A stretch of 64,000 bases of DNA, taken from contig OZ255726.1 in the NCBI GenBank assembly GCA_965277405.1, positions 1,152,001-1,216,000 on the forward strand, read 5' to 3'. Positions 40,713 through 52,773 of this stretch are shown piece after piece. Source of the DNA: Gammaproteobacteria bacterium (lineage in GTDB: Bacteria > Pseudomonadota > Gammaproteobacteria > G965277405). The notes below the pieces were generated by a model that was not told the DNA's origin, did not search any database, and worked only from the letters and a program-made list of their open reading frames with translations. Positions within the stretch are counted from its first letter, which is position 1. Each line of letters opens with the position of its first letter. Both the position numbers and the translations under genes were made by a program.

Positions 40713-42617
40713 TCAACGCGGTATTGGTAACGCTCTAATCAGTATTTTTGTTTGTTGTAATCGTGTCCAAATTGCTTTGAGTTTATCGCGTTGTCGCACT
40801 GTATCTGTTGTAGTAAGCGCATGCTGATACACTCTTTTTGCCGCTTTATGTCTATCTAAACTCCACAATACTTCAATAAAATGTCCTGCGACCTCTGGGT
40901 CTGACTCCATTTGGTATGCCAGCTGAATAAACACTACCGCTTCATCAAAATTGCGTCGATGAAAACGCTCCCAACCGATCGAGTCTATCACCGATGGGCT
41001 ATTTGGTCGTAATTGGTATGCGCGTTCAATATACTCCACTGCTTCGCTTTGGCGGTCTGGGGCATTTATAAGCAATGTGTAACCATACGCATTTAATGTC
41101 ATGGAATGCTCTGGTTGAAACTCCAACATTTTTTTGAAATCATTTTCCATTGCTGCAACGTTGTTATCCATCGCATGCATCAAGCCGCGGTAATACACCA
41201 GCTCTTGATTAAATGGTTTATTCAGCACGAAGTCATCAAGAAAACTAGCCGCGATAGCATATGATAAGTTTTTAGCCAGCAGGTTAGCTTCCATAATAAC
41301 CAAATCATTAAACTCAGAAATATGTTCACTGCGTTGCTGCAAAAGATATTTACGCGCCGCAGCAAGACCATCAATGCGCGCTGTAGCATCTGCAATTACA
41401 TGTATCGCATGCACACGATATTGTGTGTTTTGCACAATCCGCGCTGCTAGGAGCTTTGCCGTTTTCAGATTATCATTGCTGAGAGTTTGGGTAATTAAAT
41501 GCGTGGTAATCAGTTCAAAATCTTTGCGGCTGATGGCATCACTAGTGTACAGTTCTTGCTGCATATTCAATAAATAATTTTTTGTCTCTGGAGCAAGGTG
41601 TATTTTAGTATTGGTAATCATTTGAAAGAGCGCTATTGGTGAGGAACCGCTATATTCAATATATTTGCGAACTGATGCATCTGTGCTGTTATCCTCGTTG
41701 CTCAACAGCGTTGTCTGTAATTTATATAACAACGCAAATTGTGGAAATTCCTGAATAGCCTGATCAAGTTGTAACTGCGCTTTGGCATATTCCTTGGCAC
41801 GCAGTGCGATCTCAATTTCTATGGCAATAATTCTCGGCAGTTCATCTGACTTGTTGGCTCGATACAGGCGTTTGAGCTTTTGCATTGGTGCAGTAGTTGC
41901 TGGAAAATCTAACACTGCGATATTTTGGTCAAGCTGTTGATGCAACAACATTATCAAGGCGAACATCAATGCGGAGTCTTGCATTTTTTGTTCGTATAGC
42001 TGATACGCATTTATTAACAGCAGTAAGTTTCGCCCATGCAAAAATGTAGCTCCACGTGCAGGGAGCAATGCATTCACTGGCACATCTGCCTTTACTGCGT
42101 CTACAAGCACATCGAGTGCTGCGACGTGTTGTAGTTGCTTGATCAATACCAACGCTAAACTATGATGTGATTGTGGATTGTCGTAATCGTATTTAATCCA
42201 CAAGCGTGCTGCTTTGTTGGCATAGTCAAGCTCATTGCGTTTAATCGCAAACTGGAATACTCGCTGAGCAGCAGCAGCACTTTGTGCATTACGAACCCTG
42301 CGTAGCATTGCTGCAAAATCCACACCATCAACATCACGACTTATAGCCAATTCATCGACAAGCAACTCATAAATGTTATTAGAGCTACTTGTGTTTATCT
42401 CACCGCTGGTGATTATTTTCTCTTGCGTTACTGTTTGCACCTCAGTTGCTGATGTTGGTTCAGTCTGTGATATTTCCGCGTCTGCACTTTGCTGCGGAGT
42501 AGCAGTATTAGCACAGCTTATTGAGATGATTACTACAAACAGCAACACAGCAACCAATACATGCGAACGAGAAAATAAATGCATAATTATCACGAGGTTA
42601 GTAGAAAACGAATACAT
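40713..42617 (-). CDS. TPR-repeat (lipo)protein; start may be 42584
   Basis: Lipobox-like SISC, YELLVDELA, LNAYGYTL, IERAYQLRP.SP.VIDSIGW, DPEVAGH.IEVLW; family usually encoded upstream of lolB. Confidence 0.82.
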   Translation of the reverse strand: MYSFSTNLVIIMHLFSRSHVLVAVLLFVVIISISCANTATPQQSADAEISQTEPTSATEVQTVTQEKIITSGEINTSSSNNIYELLVDELAISRDVDGVDFAAMLRRVRNAQSAAAAQRVFQFAIKRNELDYANKAARLWIKYDYDNPQSHHSLALVLIKQLQHVAALDVLVDAVKADVPVNALLPARGATFLHGRNLLLLINAYQLYEQKMQDSALMFALIMLLHQQLDQNIAVLDFPATTAPMQKLKRLYRANKSDELPRIIAIEIEIALRAKEYAKAQLQLDQAIQEFPQFALLYKLQTTLLSNEDNSTDASVRKYIEYSGSSPIALFQMITNTKIHLAPETKNYLLNMQQELYTSDAISRKDFELITTHLITQTLSNDNLKTAKLLAARIVQNTQYRVHAIHVIADATARIDGLAAARKYLLQQRSEHISEFNDLVIMEANLLAKNLSYAIAASFLDDFVLNKPFNQELVYYRGLMHAMDNNVAAMENDFKKMLEFQPEHSMTLNAYGYTLLINAPDRQSEAVEYIERAYQLRPNSPSVIDSIGWERFHRRNFDEAVVFIQLAYQMESDPEVAGHFIEVLWSLDRHKAAKRVYQHALTTTDTVRQRDKLKAIWTRLQQTKILIRALPIPR

Positions 42618-42679
42618 ATGATATGTTGTGTCGTATATTTATGTTGCAATGCGCGGCAATTTACATGTTTTGATATTGT

Positions 42680-43411
42680 ATGCTAACAACCAACCAAACC
42701 ACAGCACATTTGATTTTTAATGATCTCAAAAATCCAGCAATAATAAAGTATTGGCTGTATTCCCTCGTGCTTTCGGTGATCTGCGTTATTATTGTAGCAG
42801 TTACCTTTAGCTATTCAATTTTCGAAGCGTTGGCCACATTGCACGATATGCTTGGGACATTTAGTTTTATATGGCCAATGCTTGGTTATATTGGCATCGC
42901 TTTTTCAATTGTTTTTGGCGGCTTGATTTGGTCTCTCTTGCACTTGCTTGTTTTGAGCTTTTTTACACCAGCAATTATTCGCCAACTTGCGGTAGGTACG
43001 TTGGTTACGCTCCATGACCCTGGTTTTTTATTCATTATTGCGCCACTGTTACGCACCATCTTCATGCACCTGCTAATCTTACCGTTTGTCCTATTATTCT
43101 CGATTATTCCAGTCATAGGCTTATTCATGATGCCAATATGGGGCTGGTCAATATACCGCGCGTTATTAGTGATTGATTGTGCGTCAGTGATTATGGATAA
43201 CAAAGACTTTTTTGTGTCGACGCGCACATGGGCGTATGGTATTCCTGCATTGGTAGGTTGGACGTTGGCATTCATCCCTATCGCAAATTTATTTGCCCCA
43301 ATGGTTGCAATTATTATGTGCGCGCGTGTGATGCTTTTAGAATATAGCAATTCAACAATATTATTTGATATGGATAACGCCACGGGTAAAAATTATGATG
43401 AGTCTGTTTAG
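42680..43411 (+). CDS. EI24/CysZ-like membrane protein
   Basis: Multiple TMs, SFFTPAII, IPVIG, FIPIANLFAP. Confidence 0.65.
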   Translation: MLTTNQTTAHLIFNDLKNPAIIKYWLYSLVLSVICVIIVAVTFSYSIFEALATLHDMLGTFSFIWPMLGYIGIAFSIVFGGLIWSLLHLLVLSFFTPAIIRQLAVGTLVTLHDPGFLFIIAPLLRTIFMHLLILPFVLLFSIIPVIGLFMMPIWGWSIYRALLVIDCASVIMDNKDFFVSTRTWAYGIPALVGWTLAFIPIANLFAPMVAIIMCARVMLLEYSNSTILFDMDNATGKNYDESV

Positions 43412-43697
43412 GGAAGCTCTGATTAAGTCTATGATGGGCGAGACAGAGAAAAAACGCTGATGAAACTTAAGCGTAGTGCGCAGATAATACTGGTGGTATT
43501 ATCAAGTGCTGCAACGACGTTAGCGCAGCGTTTTTTCCCGTCCTTCTATTGAATATATGATGGTTTGCCTACAAGCGGTACTTGCTGTGTTGCATCCCTT
43601 GGCGTATATGCTACGGCATGCGCTCCGCGGTTTGCGCCTTGCAATCATCAGTAATTGCAGGCAAACTCGCTCCATCAGCGACTTAATCAGAGCTTCC
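43412..43697. mobile_element. MITE copy with TTAG TSD, inserted at the stop codon of the upstream gene
   Basis: Perfect 15 bp TIRs GGAAGCTCTGATTAA / TTAATCAGAGCTTCC; TTAG on both sides. Confidence 0.92.
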
Positions 43698-43750
43698 TTA
43701 GAGAGGATAGCTGCAGCCAACATGCGCAGTTGCTACAAAGCGGTAATATA

Positions 43751-44263
43751 TCAATGATTCAGTTTTTTTAGTATCACATAACACGCACCAGTGCCGCCGT
43801 GCTGTGGCTCTGCACTCATTGCCGCAAGTACCAATTGTGATTGACGCAGCCAATGCGCTACATGCGCTTTAATGATTGAACCGTTTGCGCCGTTCTTTCC
43901 GTGTACGATTAACAGCCGTCGTATGCTGCGCGCATAGCAATCATCAATTGAATGAGCCAAATACGTGCCAGCTGCTGCGATAGTGTTATTGTGTAAATCA
44001 ATTTTTTCAACATGTAGACCTTGGCGAAATGGCTGAAAGTTTTTATAACTCACCCCGCTTGCTAAAATGGATATTTTTTCTTCACCAGCCATTGCTGCTA
44101 GATATTCACAGGCTACAAAGTTACTGATTTGCTGCATGGCAACCGTTGCTACTTGTGAGCATTGCAACGGCGCTGTGATGTTATTCACGGCATCACGAAA
44201 CTGCTGTGTTTCATCAGCAGTTGCTATGTGCTTGTTGGGATACTTTGGGATACTATTACCCAT
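43751..44263 (-). CDS. Smr/MutS2 C-terminal domain protein
   Basis: IDLH, LIVHGK, IKAHVAHWL, A...HGGTGA.YV. Confidence 0.85.
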   Translation of the reverse strand: MGNSIPKYPNKHIATADETQQFRDAVNNITAPLQCSQVATVAMQQISNFVACEYLAAMAGEEKISILASGVSYKNFQPFRQGLHVEKIDLHNNTIAAAGTYLAHSIDDCYARSIRRLLIVHGKNGANGSIIKAHVAHWLRQSQLVLAAMSAEPQHGGTGACYVILKKLNH

Positions 44264-46827
44264 TATTGTTGCATAAACTCAACGCCAGATTCTGAAGACC
44301 GCCCTTGTATGATTCCAGCATGAATACTGCCATCAAGTATCCGCTGCGCTAGCGGGTTTTCTATCCATTGTTTTAAGGTGCGTTGCAATGGACGAGCGCC
44401 AAAGTCGTGGCTATAGCCAATGTTGCTCAGCCGCTCTAAGGTACTGTCATCAAGTTGCAACTCCATGTTTTGTTCTGCCAGCCTTGCGTTAATTCGCAAC
44501 ATTTGAATGTCAATAATCTGGCGAATTGCGGCTTGATCTAGAGAATCAAATAACACTATTTCATCAATTCTGTTGATAAATTCAGGGCGGAATTGCCGAT
44601 GCAGCATTTCCATTACTTGCTGCTTACATGCAGCGGAATTTCCTTGCTGTAAAATAACATCTGAACCTAAATTAGAAGTGAGCACAATGATGGTGTTATT
44701 AAAATTCACCGTGCGCCCTTGTCCATCTGTCAACCTACCGTCGTCAAGCAACTGTAATAAAATATGGAATACATCTGGATGCGCTTTTTCCACTTCATCG
44801 AGCAAAATAACGCTATATGGTCTGCGCCGTACTGCCTCAGTCAAGCTACCCCCTTGCTCATAGCCTATATAGCCTGGTGGAGCACCTATCAGTCGCGAGA
44901 CCGAATGTTTTTCTAAATATTCTGACATATCGATGCGAATCATTGCGTCTTCACTATCAAAGAGAAAACACGCGAGCGCTTTACATAATTCGGTTTTACC
45001 AACACCAGTTGGACCAAGAAATAAAAAAGACCCACTTGGTTTACGCGGGTCACTCAGCCCTGCTCGTGAGCGCCGTACGGTATTTGCGACTGCTGCGACC
45101 GCTGTGTTTTGACCTATCACCCGTTCGTGGAGCACCTGCTCAAGCTGGAGTAGTTTGCGTTTTTCGCTTTCCAACATCCGCGTAACAGGAATACCTGTCC
45201 ACCGCGATACAATTTCTGCAATTTCTTCTTCATCAACACGCGTTGGTAGCAATGTGTTGTTGTTGCTATTCTCTGTCGCTGCTTCAAGTTGCTTTGCTAG
45301 TTTCGGAATATCGCTGTATAGTAACTGGGCAAGTACGTCTAAATTGCCTGCGCGCCGTGCCGTTTCACTTTCAAGCTTTGCTTTGTCAATACTGGCCTTT
45401 ATTGTTTGCATATGCAGCAAATTTGCTTTTTCAGCATTCAGCCGTTGCTCCATATCGGCCATTTCCTTTGTTAAACTGCCAATTTCTGCAGCAAGCTGAT
45501 TGCGCTGTTGCGTTGAGGTTGCGTCAATATCTTCTTTAATCGCTTCCATTTCAATTTTGCGTTGAATTAATAGGCGCTCACACTTGTCTACGCTCTCTGG
45601 CTTAGAATCCATAGCAATGCGAATCCGGCTCGCAGCTTCATCAATCAAATCAATGGCTTTGTCTGGCAGCATCCGCGCGGTAATATAGCGTTTTGATAAT
45701 TTTACTGCGGCAATAATCGCCGAGTCTGTAATGTCAACGCCATGGTGTAATTCATATTTCTCCTTAATTCCGCGTAAAATTGCTATTGCATCACTTTCAC
45801 TTGGCTCTTTCACTAATACTTGCTGAAACCGCCGCTCCAGCGCTGCGTCTTTTTCGATGTACTGACGGTATTCATCTAAGGTTGTCGCGCCCACACAATG
45901 GAGTTCACCACGCGCTAATGCTGGTTTTAACAAATTGCTGGCGTCCATCGCTCCGTCGCTTTTTCCTGCACCAACTAGCATGTGCAACTCATCAATAAAC
46001 AGGATCACTTGACCTGCAAGCGCTTGTAATTCTTTTAATACTGCTTTTAAACGTTCTTCGAACTCACCGCGAAACTTTGCACCTGCCACCAACGCTCCCA
46101 AATCCAGGGAAAGTACTTTTTTGTTTTGTAAGCCTGAAGGTACTTGGCGGTTAATGATGCGCAGCGCCAGACCTTCTACCAATGCAGTCTTGCCGACACC
46201 AGGCTCGCCAATCAGCACAGGATTATTTTTGCGCCTGCGTTGCAAGACTTGTATGGTGCGACGAATTTCATCGTCGCGACCGATCACAGGGTCAAGCTCA
46301 CCTTGTTGTGCCCGCTGTGTTACGTCAATGCAATATTTTTGTAGCGCCTTGCGAGAGTCCTCTGCTCCGGCTGTATCAACAGTCGTGTTATTGCGCACAG
46401 TATTGATGGCAACTTGCAGCAGCGATTTAGCGACGCCATGATTTTTAAGAATCTTCCCTGTAGCGCCTTTATCATCACAGGCTGCAAGCAAAAACAATTC
46501 ACTGGCAATAAATTGATCGCCGCGCTCATGCGCGTGTTTTTTTGCAATGGCTAAAACATGTAATAGTTGCTGGGAAGTACGAACTTCGTTGCCTTGTCCG
46601 CCAGCCATTTTGGGCCCATCCGCACAAACTTTGGCAATGTTTTCTTGGATAGCCGCAGCATTACCACCTGACTGAATAAGCAGTGGCGTCATTGCGGCAT
46701 CTGGATTTTGCAGTAATTCCTTAAGTACATGATTGGTATCAATCTGAACATCGTTGTTTACCAGCGCATTTGTTTGCGCTGCATCCAGAGCATTTTGCAT
46801 TATTGTGGTAAATTCTTCAATCCTCAT
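44263..46827 (-). CDS. clpB: Chaperone ClpB
   Basis: [22 protein letters not shown]-domain, [35 protein letters not shown]. Confidence 0.98.
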   Translation of the reverse strand: MRIEEFTTIMQNALDAAQTNALVNNDVQIDTNHVLKELLQNPDAAMTPLLIQSGGNAAAIQENIAKVCADGPKMAGGQGNEVRTSQQLLHVLAIAKKHAHERGDQFIASELFLLAACDDKGATGKILKNHGVAKSLLQVAINTVRNNTTVDTAGAEDSRKALQKYCIDVTQRAQQGELDPVIGRDDEIRRTIQVLQRRRKNNPVLIGEPGVGKTALVEGLALRIINRQVPSGLQNKKVLSLDLGALVAGAKFRGEFEERLKAVLKELQALAGQVILFIDELHMLVGAGKSDGAMDASNLLKPALARGELHCVGATTLDEYRQYIEKDAALERRFQQVLVKEPSESDAIAILRGIKEKYELHHGVDITDSAIIAAVKLSKRYITARMLPDKAIDLIDEAASRIRIAMDSKPESVDKCERLLIQRKIEMEAIKEDIDATSTQQRNQLAAEIGSLTKEMADMEQRLNAEKANLLHMQTIKASIDKAKLESETARRAGNLDVLAQLLYSDIPKLAKQLEAATENSNNNTLLPTRVDEEEIAEIVSRWTGIPVTRMLESEKRKLLQLEQVLHERVIGQNTAVAAVANTVRRSRAGLSDPRKPSGSFLFLGPTGVGKTELCKALACFLFDSEDAMIRIDMSEYLEKHSVSRLIGAPPGYIGYEQGGSLTEAVRRRPYSVILLDEVEKAHPDVFHILLQLLDDGRLTDGQGRTVNFNNTIIVLTSNLGSDVILQQGNSAACKQQVMEMLHRQFRPEFINRIDEIVLFDSLDQAAIRQIIDIQMLRINARLAEQNMELQLDDSTLERLSNIGYSHDFGARPLQRTLKQWIENPLAQRILDGSIHAGIIQGRSSESGVEFMQQ

Positions 46828-46997
46828 ACAGCGTCCAATTGTGCGTTATTAGCAGATAGATATTCAGGGGTTTCATAGAAATATAGGTAACCTCAGTGTA
46901 TTCAAGCACGAATGGATATAGAAATTTGTTTTAGTGGAGATAGCAGTTGTAGCCCATTGCTGATATATTGAGTATTTTGGATGGCATAACTGCAATT

Positions 46998-47876
46998 ATG
47001 AAAGAATTCACAGGAAGCATGGTCGCGCTCATTACCCCCATGCATGCGAACGGTGACGTGGCATACGACGCACTCGCCGAACTGATAGAATGGCATATTA
47101 GCGCTGGAACAAGTGTTATTATTGCTGTTGGCACCACTGGTGAATCAGCAACACTCACGCCAAAGGAACATATTGATGTCATTGAATTTACTTGTAAACA
47201 GGTTCGCGGGCGCATTCCTGTTATCGCTGGCACAGGTTCAAATGCCACGGCTGAAGCAATCGACTTTACCGCTGCAGCCAAAGACAAACAAGCAGATGCG
47301 TGTTTGCTCGTTGTGCCGTATTATAATAAGCCAACCCAACAAGGATTATTAGCCCATTTCAAAGCAGTCGCTGATGCCGTTGCGATTCCTCAATTGATCT
47401 ATAACGTCCCATCGCGCACTATTATAGACATCTTGCCTGAAACAGTAGCTGACCTTTCATACCATCCAAATATTGTTGGCATCAAAGAGGCGAGTGGCGA
47501 CAATACCCGCGTACAAAAACTAAAAGACCTAACTAGAGACTTCATCCTATTAAGTGGCGAAGACCCAACAATTGATGGCTTTATGAATGCAGGCGGTGAT
47601 GGCATTATTTCAGTCACTGCCAATGTAATTCCAGATAAAATGGCAAAGTTAATTGAGCACGGTTTGCGCGGTAGAACGGATGCCTGTGTGCGGGCGCAAG
47701 ATGAACTGCGGACCTTGCATAGCATGATGTTTATTGAGCCAAGTCCAACAGCTGTCAAATATGCACTGTGGCGCATGGGTAAATGCGATCGTGGCATTCG
47801 CTTGCCGTTATTATGGCTTAGCGAACAGCATCGTGCGCAGGTCGATCAAACTCTTGCAGACTTACAGCTGCTATAA
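46998..47876 (+). CDS. dapA: 4-hydroxy-tetrahydrodipicolinate synthase
   Basis: GSMVALITP, GTTGES, PYYNKP, YNVPSRT, GIKEASG. Confidence 0.97.
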   Translation: MKEFTGSMVALITPMHANGDVAYDALAELIEWHISAGTSVIIAVGTTGESATLTPKEHIDVIEFTCKQVRGRIPVIAGTGSNATAEAIDFTAAAKDKQADACLLVVPYYNKPTQQGLLAHFKAVADAVAIPQLIYNVPSRTIIDILPETVADLSYHPNIVGIKEASGDNTRVQKLKDLTRDFILLSGEDPTIDGFMNAGGDGIISVTANVIPDKMAKLIEHGLRGRTDACVRAQDELRTLHSMMFIEPSPTAVKYALWRMGKCDRGIRLPLLWLSEQHRAQVDQTLADLQLL

Positions 47877-47888
47877 ACCCATTTATTC

Positions 47889-48461
47889 ATGATTAAATAT
47901 TATTCTATTTTTGTTATCGCATTGTTTATACACAGTTGCAGCACTGGTGCATTACGCTACCAAACCGCACAGCAAACAAAAAAATACGCGCCGCCGCCGC
48001 CAACAAAACCACTCGAAGATACAATGCTGGTTCCCCAGTCGGCAATGGCTGGGGAATTGTTGCAAACTGAATCAGCTGGATATCCGTTTCCTATTGCAGG
48101 ATTTATTCAAGACGTACAGAGTGAAAATGTTTCTATGCAATCAGTACTGCAAAAAAAAATCGTTATTGCAGAAGTTGGTATCAATAGCCGCAATCAACCC
48201 AGTTTGCGTACTGAGCTACCACCAAATTCTGTATTGAAAAAATATGCAGCTTTTACTCAAGCACCAGCAATAGCCGATGCAACTAATTCGTCCGTTGCCC
48301 TGCTTATCGACAATCAACCATATCAATTGGCATGGTCACAAACACTTGAGAATGTCTATATTGTGATTAAATCAGCCGATGGCACCGAATACGCAGACGC
48401 TATAGTCAGTAAGAATTGGCTTACTGAATTTGCACAATTCCTGCAAGAAAATCCATTATAA
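47889..48461 (+). CDS. Putative lipoprotein, possibly a divergent short BamC/NlpB
   Basis: Lipobox IHSC; position directly after dapA. Confidence 0.5.
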   Translation: MIKYYSIFVIALFIHSCSTGALRYQTAQQTKKYAPPPPTKPLEDTMLVPQSAMAGELLQTESAGYPFPIAGFIQDVQSENVSMQSVLQKKIVIAEVGINSRNQPSLRTELPPNSVLKKYAAFTQAPAIADATNSSVALLIDNQPYQLAWSQTLENVYIVIKSADGTEYADAIVSKNWLTEFAQFLQENPL

Positions 48462-48469
48462 AGAAATAA

Positions 48470-48922
48470 GTAATCTTTGATTAAGTCCATGATGGGTGAG
48501 ACAGGTAAACGATGCGCTGGCGGTGTTGCATTCCTTGCGAACCTCTGATTAATTCCATGATGGGCGAGACGGAGAAAAAACGCTGATGATAACTAGACGC
48601 AGTGCACAGATAATACTGGTGGTATTATCAAGTGCTGCAACGACGTTAGCGCAGCGTTTTTTCCCGTCCTTCTGTTGAATATACTTTGGGTTTGCTGCAA
48701 TTGCTGCGCTTGCTGTGTTGCATCCCTTGGCGTATATGCTACGGCATGCGCCTGCGGAATGCGCCTTGCAATCATCAGCAATTGCAGGCAAACTCGCTCC
48801 ATCAGCGAGTTAATCAGAGGTTCCCTTGGCGTATAAGCTACGGCATGCACCGTCTGCATGCGCCACGCTTCATCTGCAATTGCAGGCAACCCTGCTTCAT
48901 GCGCGACTTAATCAGAGGTTTC
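48470..48922. mobile_element. Older, shorter MITE variant (ATAA TSD) interrupted by a nested copy
   Basis: Degenerate TIRs GTAATCTTTGATTAA / TTAATCAGAGGTTTC; ATAA on both sides. Confidence 0.75.
48538..48824. mobile_element. Nested MITE copy with CTTG TSD
   Basis: CGAACCTCTGATTAA ... TTAATCAGAGGTTCC; CTTG on both sides. Confidence 0.85.
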
Positions 48923-48944
48923 ATAACTATATTGAGATTGACGT

Positions 48945-49967
48945 TTGTTTTCTAGTTATCATTACGCCCCACAATGGTTGCCGCATGAACGCAATTGGCT
49001 GATGTTGCCAAGCCTGCAATCTTCATGGGATCGCGATTTTATCCATGTACAAAAGTCTATTATTGAGCTAGCGAACATTATCGTGCAGTTCGAACCCGTG
49101 GCTGTGCTCCATGATTATACTGATACCCGCCATCTAATAGCCAACCTTGATAGCCGGGTTGAATTACTGCCGTGGTCTGAGCCTGAATGGTGGATAAACG
49201 ATAATGCACCAATGGTGTTACTCAAAAAGAATATGCTTACAGCAAAAATAGCGGCAATATTTTGGGGCGAGCGTAATACAACGAGTATTCAGAGCAACTG
49301 TTGTTATTCATTAGTAAAAAAACTCTATATTCCGATAAAAACTCAGCCATTATTGCTGAACTCCAATATGTACACAGCAGATGGCGCTGGAACAATTGTA
49401 TTGGATAAAAATGCTGTATTCAACAACACCAAAAATGCGGCACTCCCCGTCAAAACCATCAATAGCGCACTTGAGCGCTTTGGTCGACACCACAATGTGG
49501 TATGGCTTGACTACAAGCCGTTGGTTAATTCACACAATCATCTTGCTGATATCATGATTTTCATTGCTGAAGGGAAAGTCCTATTAGCAACATCAGCCTA
49601 TACAAGCGATGTTAACGCATCAGTGTATGCTTCAGTCTTAATACAGATAAAAAATATCATTGATGGCTTTGGCCAGTATTTGTCTGTTTACACAGTGGGC
49701 AATCCGCTACCAACGAGGTATCAAAATAGAAAAGTCACAATATCATATGCCAATCTATTACTTGTACATAAGGCGGTGGTTATGCCCAAATTCGGGCATC
49801 AGATATTAGATGCAAAGGCGCTAAGCACTGTCAAAGGGGTTTTTCCAGGCCGTGATGTAATACAATTTAATGCATTACCGTTAGCACGTGCTGGTGGCGG
49901 GTTACGCGCAGTAGTTTGGCAGCAGCCAAATACGTCAGTACTGCGTTGGCGCATGACGAATAGATAG
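48945..49967 (+). CDS. Agmatine/peptidylarginine deiminase family homolog lacking the catalytic Cys
   Basis: [49 protein letters not shown]. Confidence 0.75.
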   Translation: MFSSYHYAPQWLPHERNWLMLPSLQSSWDRDFIHVQKSIIELANIIVQFEPVAVLHDYTDTRHLIANLDSRVELLPWSEPEWWINDNAPMVLLKKNMLTAKIAAIFWGERNTTSIQSNCCYSLVKKLYIPIKTQPLLLNSNMYTADGAGTIVLDKNAVFNNTKNAALPVKTINSALERFGRHHNVVWLDYKPLVNSHNHLADIMIFIAEGKVLLATSAYTSDVNASVYASVLIQIKNIIDGFGQYLSVYTVGNPLPTRYQNRKVTISYANLLLVHKAVVMPKFGHQILDAKALSTVKGVFPGRDVIQFNALPLARAGGGLRAVVWQQPNTSVLRWRMTNR

Positions 49968-49998
49968 TAAATTCATCACGTTATTTATTAGGATTTTT

Positions 49999-51669
49999 AT
50001 GCCGACTGATATCGATATTGCCCGCCAAGCAACGCCCCTGCATATTCACGAAATCGGTGAAAAAATACATATAGATAAGGATGACTTGCTCACATATGGA
50101 TACGATAAAGCCAAGATTTCTGCTCGTTTTATCCAGCAAATTTCTAATAATCCACACGGCAAACTGATACTTGTAACCGCCATCAATCCTACTCCCGCAG
50201 GAGAGGGAAAAACCACTACTACCGTTGGTCTTGGTGATGCATTAAACCGTATTCACAAGCAAACAATCATCTGCCTGCGTGAACCTTCGCTGGGACCATG
50301 TTTTGGTGTTAAAGGTGGTGCTGCTGGGGGTGGATATTCGCAAGTCATCCCTATGGAAGATATTAACCTGCACTTTACAGGTGATTTTCATGCTATTAGC
50401 AGTGCGCATAATTTGTTAGCAGCAATGATTGACAACCATATTCATTGGGGAAATGAGCTAGGTATTGATGCTCGCCGCATATCATGGCGGCGTGTTGTCG
50501 ATATGAATGACCGCGCGTTACGCAATATAACAAGCGGACTTGGTGGTCCAGGCAATGGTTTTCCCCGGCAAGATGGCTTTGACATTACCGTGGCATCTGA
50601 AGTGATGGCAATTTTGTGTTTGTCGGAAAACCTGCATGAGTTGGAGCAACGGCTTGAAAAAATTGTCATTGGCTATCGCCGCGACATGTCTCCTATAACC
50701 GCAAAAGATATTAAGGCATCAGGCGCTATGGCAGTGCTACTCAAACAGGCAATGCAACCGAATGTTGTACAAACTTTAGAAAACAACCCTGCCTTTGTTC
50801 ATGGTGGACCCTTTGCAAATATTGCTCACGGTTGTAATACGTTAATTGCTACTAAAACTGCGCTTAAACTGGCAGAGTATGTGGTTACAGAAGCAGGATT
50901 TGGCGCAGACCTTGGAGCTGAAAAATTTCTCAATATTAAATGTCGTAAATCTGGGTTAGCACCAAGCGCAGTTGTGATCGTGGCGACAATTAGAGCGTTA
51001 AAAATGAATGGCGGCATCACCAAAGACAACCTTGGTGAGGAAAACGTGGCCGCAGTTATGACAGGGTGTAACAACCTTGACCGTCATATTGAAAATATGC
51101 AGAAGTTTGGGTTGCGCAGCGTGGTAGCAATCAATCATTTTCACAATGATACTCAAGCTGAGATTGAGGCCGTCCAGAGACATTGTGCTAAAAACAATGT
51201 TGTGGCGATTGTTTGCAAGCACTGGGAACAAGGCAGTGCGGGAGCGGAAGAACTTGCTCGCGCAGTGGTGGCGATGACGGAGCAAAACACCAGTGTGCTG
51301 CAGCTGTTGTATGATGATGACCAATCACTTTTTAGCAAGATAGAGACCGTGGCGAAACAACTCTACCGCGCAGATGAAGTGCTTGCCGACAGCAAAATTC
51401 GTAACCAACTGCATATTTGGGAAAACGCAGGCTATGGCACATTACCGATTTGCATAGCCAAGACCCAATATTCTTTTACCACTGACCCGAATAAACGAGG
51501 AGCACCAACCCACCATTCAGTGCCAATACGCGAAGTGCGACTTGCAGCTGGTGCTGGGTTTATCGTGGTAATCTGTGGCGAAATTATGACCATGCCTGGT
51601 CTGCCAAAACAACCAGCTGCAGAACAGATTTGCTTGAATACTGATGGCTTAACCGTAGGGCTGTTCTAG
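49999..51669 (+). CDS. fhs: Formate--tetrahydrofolate ligase
   Basis: [57 protein letters not shown]. Confidence 0.98.
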   Translation: MPTDIDIARQATPLHIHEIGEKIHIDKDDLLTYGYDKAKISARFIQQISNNPHGKLILVTAINPTPAGEGKTTTTVGLGDALNRIHKQTIICLREPSLGPCFGVKGGAAGGGYSQVIPMEDINLHFTGDFHAISSAHNLLAAMIDNHIHWGNELGIDARRISWRRVVDMNDRALRNITSGLGGPGNGFPRQDGFDITVASEVMAILCLSENLHELEQRLEKIVIGYRRDMSPITAKDIKASGAMAVLLKQAMQPNVVQTLENNPAFVHGGPFANIAHGCNTLIATKTALKLAEYVVTEAGFGADLGAEKFLNIKCRKSGLAPSAVVIVATIRALKMNGGITKDNLGEENVAAVMTGCNNLDRHIENMQKFGLRSVVAINHFHNDTQAEIEAVQRHCAKNNVVAIVCKHWEQGSAGAEELARAVVAMTEQNTSVLQLLYDDDQSLFSKIETVAKQLYRADEVLADSKIRNQLHIWENAGYGTLPICIAKTQYSFTTDPNKRGAPTHHSVPIREVRLAAGAGFIVVICGEIMTMPGLPKQPAAEQICLNTDGLTVGLF

Positions 51670-52766
51670 AGCATTAAATTATTGTTGGGTTTTACAAATA
51701 TTTGAGCTTGCTGGCGTAAACTCAAATCACACAACACCAAGGCCAGCATTGCCTCGACGATTGGCACAGCACGAATACCAACACATGGGTCGTGCCGCCC
51801 TTTGGTGGTAACGGCAACAGCATCGCCTACCGTGTTTATTGAGTGCAGTGGTTGTGCAATACTTGGTGTTGGTTTAAACGCAATTTCGGCATAAATATCT
51901 TGTCCGGTAGAAATACCGCCAAGCGTGCCGCCATTAGTATTGCTGGTGAAGCCAGTAGGTGACATTTGATCGTGATACGTACTTCCTTGTGCTGCAACGC
52001 AGGCAAATCCTGCGCCAATCCCAACACCTTTTGCTGCATTTATACTCATCATCGCTTGGGCGATTAATGCGTCCAGCTTGTCAAAAACTGGCTCTCCCCA
52101 ACCAGCTGGAGTGCCAGTTGCCACCACACATACTTTTGCCCCAACTGAATTGCGGTCTGCGCGTGCCGCTGTTACTACACCTTGCATAGTTTGCGCAATG
52201 GCAGTATTTGGACAAAACATGGTATTGTGCTCAATACACGATGTGTCAAAATCAGCACTGCCAAATGTGGGTGCGCAGATATTACCAACTTGCCCAACCC
52301 ACGCTTGAATAGCAACACCATACATGCTCTGCAGTATTTGCCGAGCAACGCTGCCTGCGACCACGCGGCTTGCGGTCTCGCGTGCTGATGATCGTCCACC
52401 GCCGCGATAATCGCGGGTTGCGTATTTTTGATCATAGGTAAAGTCTGCGTGTCCTGGACGATATGCCGTTTTAATACTTGAATAATCTTTGCTTTTTTGA
52501 TCTAGGTTATGAATGGTAAAGCCAATTGGAGCACCAGTTGTTTTTCCTTGAAAAATGCCAGATAAAATTTCTACATTGTCTGGTTCACGCCGTTGGCTTG
52601 TGAGCTGCGATTGTCCTGGTTTTCGACGATTAAGTTGGTGTTGTATCGCGTTAGTATCAATTGGAAAATTAGCAGGGCAGCCGTCAATAACGCCACCAAT
52701 AGCAACACCATGACTTTCACCAAATGTTGTTAAGCGAAATGCCGCACCAAAACTGCTCCCGGCCAT
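51666..52766 (-). CDS. aroC: Chorismate synthase
   Basis: [38 protein letters not shown]. Confidence 0.98.
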   Translation of the reverse strand: MAGSSFGAAFRLTTFGESHGVAIGGVIDGCPANFPIDTNAIQHQLNRRKPGQSQLTSQRREPDNVEILSGIFQGKTTGAPIGFTIHNLDQKSKDYSSIKTAYRPGHADFTYDQKYATRDYRGGGRSSARETASRVVAGSVARQILQSMYGVAIQAWVGQVGNICAPTFGSADFDTSCIEHNTMFCPNTAIAQTMQGVVTAARADRNSVGAKVCVVATGTPAGWGEPVFDKLDALIAQAMMSINAAKGVGIGAGFACVAAQGSTYHDQMSPTGFTSNTNGGTLGGISTGQDIYAEIAFKPTPSIAQPLHSINTVGDAVAVTTKGRHDPCVGIRAVPIVEAMLALVLCDLSLRQQAQIFVKPNNNLML

Positions 52767-52773
52767 TGATAAC

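Noticed and set aside
35142-48922. Dispersed palindromic repeats as a CRISPR array or REP/BIME
   Set aside because: No regularly spaced repeat-spacer units and no cas genes; the copies have TIRs and TSDs, so a MITE fits better
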